Part shown: positions 57,014 to 64,000 of the stretch, piece after piece
Layout of the letters: each line of letters begins with the position of its first letter
How positions within the stretch are numbered: the stretch's first letter is position 1
DNA from: Patescibacteria group bacterium
GTDB taxonomy: Bacteria; Patescibacteriota; Patescibacteriia; Magasanikbacterales; GWA2-37-8
DNA length: 64,000 bases
Assembly (NCBI GenBank): GCA_041651015.1
Contig: JBAZKA010000003.1
Location: 42,572 to 106,571 of the forward strand
Direction: 5' to 3'
Notes under the pieces: generated by a model
The model's input: the letters and a program-made list of their open reading frames with translations, nothing else
Told to the model about the DNA's origin: nothing
The model's database searches: none
Program-made: the position numbers and the translations under genes

Positions 57014-57760
57014 CTAAATCTGTATCTTCCTAAAGAAATAACTACCCAGCGACCAGAACAATACAGTCACTGCGCCGAGGACGATAAAATCCATGGTCAA
57101 GCCGTAATGTCCGGCGCCGATAAGCAAAGCGCGAAGAGCGTCAATGCCGTAAGATAGCGGATCAATCTGCGCGATAATGGCGAGCGCGGCCGGCAGGCCG
57201 TCCAGCGGGAAAAGCGCGCCCGAGAGAAAAAATAACGGCATGACCAAAAAATTCATAATGAGTTGGAAGCCTTGCATATCGTCAAGCAAAGACGCGATCA
57301 TAGTGCCGAGCGAAGTAAAAAGAAGCGAAACCAAAAACATGATAAGAATAGCCGGAATAATCATGAGCCAACTTACCGGATGAAAACCAAACAGCATGGC
57401 GATAAACATCACGATCACGCCTTGCAAAGTCGCGACAGTCGCCCCACCCAAAGTCCGGCCGATCATAATGCTTAGGCGCGACATGGGCGCGACCAAAGTT
57501 TCTTTGAGAAAACCAAACTGCCGGTCCCAGATTACTTCCATACCGGAAAAAACCGAAGTGAACAAAATACTCATCCCGATAATTCCGGGCGCGAGAAAAT
57601 TTAAATAATTTCCCTCGCCGGCTTTTTGGTACACTGAACCAAAACCATAACCCATGGCCAATAAAAATAATAACGGTTGCGCAAGCGAACCGACAATGCG
57701 CGATTTGGAACGCAGATAACGCTTGATTTGTCTGAGCCAAAGAATGTATATTTTTTTCAT
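57014..57760 (-). CDS. ABC-2 type exporter permease (DrrB-like)
   Basis: FLAPGIIGM, DRQFGFLKETLVAP, FLSGALFP, PLSYGIDALR. Confidence 0.92.
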   Translation of the reverse strand: MKKIYILWLRQIKRYLRSKSRIVGSLAQPLLFLLAMGYGFGSVYQKAGEGNYLNFLAPGIIGMSILFTSVFSGMEVIWDRQFGFLKETLVAPMSRLSIMIGRTLGGATVATLQGVIVMFIAMLFGFHPVSWLMIIPAILIMFLVSLLFTSLGTMIASLLDDMQGFQLIMNFLVMPLFFLSGALFPLDGLPAALAIIAQIDPLSYGIDALRALLIGAGHYGLTMDFIVLGAVTVLFWSLGSYFFRKIQI

Positions 57761-57765
57761 AATAG

Positions 57766-58572
57766 TTAGCGTTTGTTATTGGTATGCATGCGGTGCATGG
57801 CGCGGAAATGATCCATGGAACCGACCGTCTCCTCGCGAATACTCTTGCCGGTCAAAGCGAGAAACGCGTCTTCCAGCGAATTGGTATTGGTTTGCTTTTT
57901 CAAATCATCGGCCGTACCTGAGGCAATAATTTTCCCATGGTCAATCACGGCAATCCGATCGGCGATGCGCTCAGCTTCTTCCATGTAATGCGTGGAAAAA
58001 AATATTGTAGTCTTTTCGTTTTTATTTAGCTCGCGCAGATGCGCCCACAAAGCATTTCTGGTTTGCGGGTCCAATCCGAGAGTCGGCTCGTCAAGAAAAA
58101 ATATTTTCGGATGATGCAAAAGTCCGCGGGCGATTTCCAACCGGCGCTTCATTCCGCCGGAAAATTCTTTGACCAAATTATCTCGGCGTTCCCACAGTTC
58201 CACGAACTTGAGCAAATATTCAATTCTCTCTTTGCGTAATTTATCCGGCACATCATACAACACGCCGTGAAATTCCATATTTTCATAAGCGGTCAGATCA
58301 TCATCCAAACTCGGATCTTGGAACACAATACCAAATGACCGGCGGGCTTCATCGGATTCACGCACCGGGTCATGCCCGTTCAAATCCATTTCGCCCGAAG
58401 TCGGCTTGAGCAAAGTGGTCAGCATTTTAATGGTGGTGGATTTACCCGCGCCATTCGGACCGAGAAAAGCAAAAATTTCTCCTTCTTTAACTTCAAAGGA
58501 AATGTTGTCCACGGCCGTAAAGCCGTCAAATTTTTTCGTCAGATTTTTGACTGATATCATATTTTTTGTCAT
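57766..58572 (-). CDS. ABC exporter ATP-binding subunit (DrrA-like)
   Basis: GPNGAGKST, FSGGMKRRL, FLDEPT, THYMEEA. Confidence 0.94.
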   Translation of the reverse strand: MTKNMISVKNLTKKFDGFTAVDNISFEVKEGEIFAFLGPNGAGKSTTIKMLTTLLKPTSGEMDLNGHDPVRESDEARRSFGIVFQDPSLDDDLTAYENMEFHGVLYDVPDKLRKERIEYLLKFVELWERRDNLVKEFSGGMKRRLEIARGLLHHPKIFFLDEPTLGLDPQTRNALWAHLRELNKNEKTTIFFSTHYMEEAERIADRIAVIDHGKIIASGTADDLKKQTNTNSLEDAFLALTGKSIREETVGSMDHFRAMHRMHTNNKR

Positions 58573-58616
58573 TCCCGCACCCGCTTCGCGAGTATAAACT
58601 CCGGCGGGAATCCAGA
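58567..58616. repeat. Extended GTCAT-ended palindrome abutting the ABC ATPase start
   Basis: TGTCATTCCCGC...GCGGGAATCCAGA with an internal spacer. Confidence 0.75.
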
Positions 58617-58739
58617 TTTATATAGATAATTTACAAATTAAGCGTGAACATTATTGTATCATTTACTAGTGCAATAATCAATCCGCACTTTGTGGCAAAT
58701 AAAAAAGCCGGCGGGACAACCCCCGACGGCTCAATAGTC

Positions 58740-59138
58740 TCACACGCCGGCCAAAATCCTACACGAGGAAATATACTGATGTAATCTCCCGTATAACTGA
58801 GCGATCAAACGTGGATCACCGACTTGGGCAGCAAGTGTTGCAGGCTCGGAGATTTGTTCCGAAATAAAATTCAAATTCAAAACTTGCGGCATCAAATAAT
58901 CGTAAACATCGACTTCTTCCGGCAAACCGCACCGAGTCAATCCTTGAAACAACACTTCACCGCATTTGCTGCTGATGTCGCCCTGTTTCAACAAATGATC
59001 GACGAACGCACGACCAATGGTTTGCGAAAAGAACGGGCTAGAACAGTCAACTCCCTCGTGATAGATAAAGGCGGAATTTCTATTGAAAAAGGACTTATCC
59101 AACACAACCAGATGCACGGCATTAGCTTTTTTAGACAT
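58740..59138 (-). CDS. Orphan hypothetical protein
   Basis: GAGGAGG SD; promoter TTGACA-17-TAGTAT (59205-59177); downstream hairpin plus T-tract. Confidence 0.65.
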   Translation of the reverse strand: MSKKANAVHLVVLDKSFFNRNSAFIYHEGVDCSSPFFSQTIGRAFVDHLLKQGDISSKCGEVLFQGLTRCGLPEEVDVYDYLMPQVLNLNFISEQISEPATLAAQVGDPRLIAQLYGRLHQYISSCRILAGV

Positions 59139-59265
59139 GGCCCCTCCTCATGTGAAAATGTTGGAAAATTCAAAATATACTAACATATTTTTGTATATTT
59201 GTCAATAATAAAATCACCGCGCAAAGGCGGTAAAATATCTCCGAATTATTTCAAAAAATATAACG

Positions 59266-59691
59266 TTAATCATCCGCGCCACGCCGCGCAATTTTAATTT
59301 TTGACCGATGAATTTTTGCTTCCAACCTCCGAATTTTTGACGCTTTGGTCGGACGGGTCGGCCGGCGTTTCTTGGGAATGACTAAGGCGCGCGATACCAG
59401 CGCCTGCAATCGCGCAATAGCCAAATCACGATTTTGCGCCTGCGTTCGTTCTTGTTCGGACACCACCACTAATTCATCACTCCAATTTATTTTGTTGGAT
59501 AATTTTTCCCGCACCCGCGCTTTTTGTTCCAAAGACAAAACCCGCGAACACCCAATCGGCCAATGCACGGTGGCTTTGGTGGAAGTCTTATTCACATTTT
59601 GTCCGCCCGCGCCGCTTGACCTTGCAAAGGTGATGCGGAGTTCGGATGATGGGATATACATATTTACGTCCTCGGATTTGATTTTTTCCAC
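59266..59691 (-). CDS. arfB: Alternative ribosome-rescue peptidyl-tRNA hydrolase ArfB
   Basis: RSSGAGGQNVNKT, ERTQAQNR, basic tail KRRPTRPTKASKIRRLEAK. Confidence 0.93.
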   Translation of the reverse strand: MEKIKSEDVNMYIPSSELRITFARSSGAGGQNVNKTSTKATVHWPIGCSRVLSLEQKARVREKLSNKINWSDELVVVSEQERTQAQNRDLAIARLQALVSRALVIPKKRRPTRPTKASKIRRLEAKIHRSKIKIARRGADD

Positions 59692-60290
59692 TCAATTATC
59701 CGGCCGGCGCAACGTTCCATTTTATCCGCCGGACGGAGGAATTTTTTATTTTTCGCGGGATAAATTCGTTTGTGCGGTGCCTCATCAATCGCTTCGGCAA
59801 TGGGATACAAATCCTCTTCGGTGGTAATCCATTTACTACCCAGACGGCGCAAGTCAAAAGGTTTGGCCGAATAACTCACCAAAACTTTTTTACCATTGCT
59901 GTTCAAAAAATATTCATGAAAATATGACAAGGCCAACTCGCGGAAAGTTTTGTGCACCGGGTCGCGGAAACGCAAAACCGCGTGATTAGTCTTGCTGATC
60001 GCGCCCCAGTATCCGTTTCGGCGGTATAGCGTCACCACATGGTCGTCATCCCCGTCGCATTTCAAATCAAAAAGCAGCGGTTTTTCCCCGCGAAGCCACA
60101 AGGCCGTAGCCGCGACCAGAGCGCCTTCCAAACAATGCATCTTGCGCCTTTTTAACGACAGGCGCGGAGACAAATATGTTTCTCCGTTCTTTTCATGATT
60201 CATCGGCATCTTATCCAAAAAATCCTGAATTTTTATCGGAGTGGAAAGTTTTTTTAAAATTTTTATTTCGGTTTTTGTGAGGCCGAACAT
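59664..60290 (-). CDS. Conserved protein, transglutaminase/papain-like fold suspected
   Basis: MHCLEGALVAA, DDDHVV, WGAISKTNH, SYFHEY. Confidence 0.7.
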   Translation of the reverse strand: MFGLTKTEIKILKKLSTPIKIQDFLDKMPMNHEKNGETYLSPRLSLKRRKMHCLEGALVAATALWLRGEKPLLFDLKCDGDDDHVVTLYRRNGYWGAISKTNHAVLRFRDPVHKTFRELALSYFHEYFLNSNGKKVLVSYSAKPFDLRRLGSKWITTEEDLYPIAEAIDEAPHKRIYPAKNKKFLRPADKMERCAGRIIEWKKSNPRT

Positions 60291-60301
60291 AACCGGAATT
60301 A

Positions 60302-61000
60302 TCATTTGGAATTCTCTTTATACTTATTTAAGATATTATAAATAATTTCAATTTTTTCATAATTCAATACATTTTGCGGAAAAGAATCTGCAATTAATTT
60401 TTCTAGCCAATCATAACCAATTACATATACTCCCCTCTTTTTATTCAACCCAAAATGGACAATAGCATTCGGATTTTCAAATACTATCACCGGCCAAACA
60501 TGCAATGTTAATTGCAACTCACTGAGAAGAGTTTCTTCAATTATTTTTTTCTGCGCCCATGCCTGGCGTAAAAAATTCTTTTCCTGGAACCTGCAGCCGT
60601 TACGAGTAAGCTCCTCGTCGTCATAACCAATATTTCCCTCATGGCTCTTAACTTCAATAGACCAAACTCCCGACGGACCAATAACCACAATATCAATATT
60701 TCCTCTGTCACCTATTACTAAATTATCAAGAATTTTATAGCTTCCGGACAGGCCTTTCAGAAGTTGCTTTTTAACATTATCCTCTGATTGCTTGCCAAAT
60801 ATTCTATTACCAATTTGGTATCCGAACTTACTGAACAATAATGCCAGTATGGCAAAACCACCCATCCATGCCAAGGACGACCACCAAAATTTTAGATATT
60901 TATAAAACGGATATTTATAATAGAAATATCCGACGACTATCACTAAAACAAAACATATAATACTCCGTGATAACGATTTCTGATAATACGATAATTTCAT
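60302..61000 (-). CDS. NERD-domain nuclease-like protein with N-terminal TMs
   Basis: GKQSEDNV, NIDIVVIGPSGVWSIEVKS, QA. Confidence 0.85.
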   Translation of the reverse strand: MKLSYYQKSLSRSIICFVLVIVVGYFYYKYPFYKYLKFWWSSLAWMGGFAILALLFSKFGYQIGNRIFGKQSEDNVKKQLLKGLSGSYKILDNLVIGDRGNIDIVVIGPSGVWSIEVKSHEGNIGYDDEELTRNGCRFQEKNFLRQAWAQKKIIEETLLSELQLTLHVWPVIVFENPNAIVHFGLNKKRGVYVIGYDWLEKLIADSFPQNVLNYEKIEIIYNILNKYKENSK

Positions 61001-61010
61001 AGTCAATATT

Positions 61011-61925
61011 TTACCCCCTCGCCTCAAAATCCTCCAACAAATCACCAAACGTCTCCAATTTATTCCTCACCGCAGGCGAGACATCAGTCCCGTCCAAAAT
61101 TTGTTTTTGTTCTTTGAGCGAAGCCGTGAGTTTAGCAAACACTACGCGTTCAACATCGGTCGGCGCGCTGTCCGGATCAAAATCCATTTTCCCCAACAAG
61201 TTTTCCAACTCAATGCTTTTTAATCCCAAATAAAATACCGGCAAGGTCGTCATTTCCGCGCGTTTTAATTTTCCTTTTTCCAGTTTCATGCCATAGCGCA
61301 CTCTGGCCCCGCCTTTCTTCGCCACCTTTTTTATTTTATCAATCTTCTCGCCGGTGCGTTCGCCAGCTCCGCCTTCGTGCACTTCATCAAAGGCGCAAAT
61401 CGCTTCGCCGGTGCGCTTGTTCAAAATAATATTATCCACGCCGTTGTTGTAATCATCAAACGCCGAAGCGCGGACAACCAAAAAATCATCTTTTAAAATT
61501 TTATGCAGGAGTCCGGTGACCGCCATTTCCATCTGACCATTTTTATTTATTATTTTTTCCTTGCGCCAGCGCTCCACAATCTCATCCGGAGTATTGGCGC
61601 CGTATTTCTCACGATAATATTCCTTAACTTGAGGCACGCCGGCACGGCTGAAATGCAGTTCTGATTCGCGCACGCGGTCATTGTCATCGGCGATATCTTC
61701 GGCCGAATACAAATCATCAGCATAACTATCCATATTTAACGAACCGTCTGCATGCAAAAAATCAGCCAAGCCATATTGCTCCGACACTTCACTATTTACA
61801 TGCTCGGATATTTTTTGCATCATTACCGCCAGTTTGCCCGCAAAGAATTCCGGACTTTTCTTCTTTTCCAACGAACGGCGCTCCACTAAATTTCGCGGGT
61901 CAACAAACTGATCAGGTCTAAACAT
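61011..61925 (-). CDS. Hypothetical protein with PD-(D/E)XK-like motif
   Basis: GQMEM...RASAFDDYNNGVDNII...ICAFDEV. Confidence 0.65.
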   Translation of the reverse strand: MFRPDQFVDPRNLVERRSLEKKKSPEFFAGKLAVMMQKISEHVNSEVSEQYGLADFLHADGSLNMDSYADDLYSAEDIADDNDRVRESELHFSRAGVPQVKEYYREKYGANTPDEIVERWRKEKIINKNGQMEMAVTGLLHKILKDDFLVVRASAFDDYNNGVDNIILNKRTGEAICAFDEVHEGGAGERTGEKIDKIKKVAKKGGARVRYGMKLEKGKLKRAEMTTLPVFYLGLKSIELENLLGKMDFDPDSAPTDVERVVFAKLTASLKEQKQILDGTDVSPAVRNKLETFGDLLEDFEARG

Positions 61926-61948
61926 AAGATATTTTTAATCTGTTAATC

Positions 61949-62347
61949 TCACCAATTCAAAAATGTCACCGTAAGCTGTAGAACCGTGGCAAAGGAAACC
62001 CAAAGCAAATATGGAATATTTATAAAAGTCACCCAACGAGCGCGCGGGTAAATGGCAATCATCGCCCAAATGAGCGTGCCAAGCACCAGCAAAATATCCA
62101 GGGCAGCCAATAAATTATTTTGCAGACCAAACTGTATCGGAGTAAAAATCAAATTAAAAACCAAATTCAAGGCAAACGGCAAACCAACCATGGCCGGAAT
62201 TTTCTTCTTGATAATTGCCCACAGCACCCAGCCAAAAGAAATGGCGATGAGAATGTATAAAACCGTCCAAACCGGGCCAAACAGCCAAGCCGGTGGCGCC
62301 CAGGACGGCCTGACGAGCGTCTGATACCATCCGTAAGCTAAGTTCAT
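61949..62347 (-). CDS. tspO: TspO/MBR family protein
   Basis: WYQTLVRPSWAPPAWLFGPVWTVLY, PYLLWVSFATVL. Confidence 0.93.
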   Translation of the reverse strand: MNLAYGWYQTLVRPSWAPPAWLFGPVWTVLYILIAISFGWVLWAIIKKKIPAMVGLPFALNLVFNLIFTPIQFGLQNNLLAALDILLVLGTLIWAMIAIYPRARWVTFINIPYLLWVSFATVLQLTVTFLNW

Positions 62348-62448
62348 ACAATAAAATTAATAATTTAACAGCCATTTAATCAATTATACTCTATATAGCG
62401 CTTTAGCGTCAAAACAACAGAATATAGCCAATTTGCCCAGGAATCTGA

Positions 62449-62547
62449 CCCCTCACTCAGAGACCATAAAAACGGAATAATCAAATTTCTATTAAATCAA
62501 TCATAGAAATTGTATGCGTCAAATCACGTTGGTCTCTGGGTGAGGGG
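62449..62547. repeat. 99-bp rod-like inverted-repeat element
   Basis: CCCCTCACTCAGAGACCA / TGGTCTCTGGGTGAGGGG outer stem; AATTTCTAT / ATAGAAATT inner stem. Confidence 0.65.
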
Positions 62548-62548
62548 C

Positions 62549-62577
62549 TTGACAAAACTCCCAAAATGTGCTATACT
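62549..62577 (+). promoter_or_regulatory. csp promoter
   Basis: TTGACA-17-TATACT with TG extension; ~85-nt 5' UTR. Confidence 0.75.
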
Positions 62578-62666
62578 GATAATACTAAAAAGTTTGCTTC
62601 CACGTAGAAACTAGTCGAATTTCTGCAGAGGCCTTCTTTGCAGCTTAGTTCACTATATACAACACT

Positions 62667-62870
62667 ATGACCGGAAAAATCGCAAGATTGACGGACAAGG
62701 GTTTCGGCTTTATTACTCCTGATGGAGAAGCCGGCGGAAAGGATATTTTCTTCCATTCCACAGCCCTCGTCGGTGTGACCTTCAACGAATTGCGCGAAGG
62801 TGATGCCGTGTCCTTTGAAACCGAGCAATCGGACAAAGGCCCGCGCGCTATCAACGTGCAACGCGTCTAA
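62667..62870 (+). CDS. cspA: Cold-shock protein
   Basis: KGFGFI (RNP1), DIFFHST (RNP2), KGPRAINV. Confidence 0.92.
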   Translation: MTGKIARLTDKGFGFITPDGEAGGKDIFFHSTALVGVTFNELREGDAVSFETEQSDKGPRAINVQRV

Positions 62871-62882
62871 TAATATAGACAT

Positions 62883-62913
62883 TAAAACACTCCGCATTTG
62901 CGGGGTGTTTTTT
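62883..62913. terminator. Bidirectional terminator
   Basis: AAAACACTCCGC-ATTT-GCGGGGTGTTTTTT. Confidence 0.8.
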
Positions 62914-62922
62914 GTTTAAAAT

Positions 62923-64000
62923 TTATCCTCTCAAAAATTCCGTCACCAGCGGGTCGGAAATAATGTGGCGCGGAGCAATGGGTTGAATCAAGACAATCCC
63001 CTCCAGCGAGGTGCAACGCGATAAAGCCACATATAATTGCCCCGAAGCAAACATCCCCCGCCCGATATCCAAAACCACACGGTCAAAAGTTTTGCCTTGG
63101 GCTTTGTGGATGGTCACGGCCCAAGCGAGCTTGATTGGCAATTGCGTGAACGCGCCGGTTTCCTCGGCTTCCACTGAATTGCCGGCGGTGTTGAAAAAAT
63201 ATCTATAAGACTTCCAAGTGTGCGGGCAGACTTCCACAATCTCGCCCTCAGGCAATTCCACATGTACAATCGGCAAATTATAATTGTCTTTGGAAAATTT
63301 CTTGACCACGCCAATCGTGCCATTGACCCAACGTCCGGCCGTGTCGTTGTTGATAAGCATCACTTGAGCACCAATTTTTAATTTTAATTTTTCATCGGTC
63401 GGCTGAACGCGGTCGTCAAACCGGCCGTATTGATCCGCGGTAAAAGTCTCGGCCTTGCCACTCAGACGATTGAGGCGGGAATTATTTATTTCGGCCGCGA
63501 GATAATTGGTGGCCGTGAGATAAATATAATAATCTTCATCCAAAACAAAATTAGGATTATGCCGGCAATTGAGCTCGGCCAAATCCTCGGCCGTGGCTTC
63601 GTTATCGCGAATGCGATTGAGCAAGCGAATAAAGTTCTGGTCTTTCTGCCGATGAATTTCCAATAATTCAAATTTAATAAAATCAAAACCGCCGAGCAAC
63701 TGATGATCGGTAAAAACTTTGGATGAGAAAAAATACGGCGTGCGGTAAATGGAATAAAACGCCTCGCGTTCCATATCAGTGACGACCGGCGGTAGTTGGT
63801 GCAAATCTCCAAACACAATTAAACGTGCTCCGCCAAACGGCCGGCCTCGTTCACGTCCATTGAGCCGCATAAATTTATCCACGCAATCCAACAAATCCGC
63901 GCGCACCATGGAGACCTCATCAATCACAATCGCGTCCAGCTTGCCATACATTGTTTCGGCGCCATCCTTCTTCCCCATCTTGCGGATGTCGCTTACCGAC
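62923..64000 (-). CDS. PIF1/RecD-like SF1B helicase (partial, 5' end beyond window)
   Basis: IDEVSMV, FGDLHQLPPV, HRQ, QLPIKLAWAVTIHKAQGKT, GQLYVALSR. Confidence 0.9.
   Translation of the reverse strand, partial: SVSDIRKMGKKDGAETMYGKLDAIVIDEVSMVRADLLDCVDKFMRLNGRERGRPFGGARLIVFGDLHQLPPVVTDMEREAFYSIYRTPYFFSSKVFTDHQLLGGFDFIKFELLEIHRQKDQNFIRLLNRIRDNEATAEDLAELNCRHNPNFVLDEDYYIYLTATNYLAAEINNSRLNRLSGKAETFTADQYGRFDDRVQPTDEKLKLKIGAQVMLINNDTAGRWVNGTIGVVKKFSKDNYNLPIVHVELPEGEIVEVCPHTWKSYRYFFNTAGNSVEAEETGAFTQLPIKLAWAVTIHKAQGKTFDRVVLDIGRGMFASGQLYVALSRCTSLEGIVLIQPIAPRHIISDPLVTEFLRG

Noticed and set aside
62571-62897. 108-aa minus-strand ORF
   Set aside because: Antisense to the clear cold-shock gene
1-64000. 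Alternative genetic code (UGA recoding as in Gracilibacteria)
   Set aside because: Conserved genes are full length under code 11 and several (murJ, rplI, fur, tspO) end at TGA

Overview
Chromosomal segment of a bacterium using the standard genetic code. It is most likely a Patescibacteria/CPR organism (Parcubacteria/ABY1-like). This is an inference from the short HrcA, the dcw cluster interrupted by a membrane-anchored Clp ATPase, the mostly SD-less housekeeping genes and the short intergenic tandem repeats. Contents: a partial dcw cluster (mraZ-rsmH-ftsL...ftsW), a beta-CASP RNase, murJ, lepA, recJ, a glycosylation cluster, an S8 protease, pyrG, a stand-alone cyclodipeptide synthase, rplI, era, ctpA and murA. 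These are followed by RNase HI, a CIRCE-controlled hrcA-grpE-hsp20-[NYN, GNAT, 2 ORFs]-dnaK-dnaJ operon, yidC, pgsA, a cyclophilin, Zur/ZIP, PadR/PspC, tRNA-Ser(GGA), lgt, LOG, gatCA, corA, an ABC exporter, arfB, tspO, csp and a partial PIF1-like helicase. No CRISPR array, rRNA or transposase was seen. Four observations stand out. (1) A perfect-consensus promoter drives a ~55-nt structured RNA convergent on an intact NYN/PIN nuclease gene, a candidate RNA-plus-nuclease module. (2) Three families of short palindromic repeats occur both intergenically and in frame inside dnaK, grpE, gatA and lgt. (3) Several complete mini transcription units encode 22-31 aa peptides missing from the ORF track. 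(4) Two long rod-like inverted-repeat elements lie in intergenic regions.
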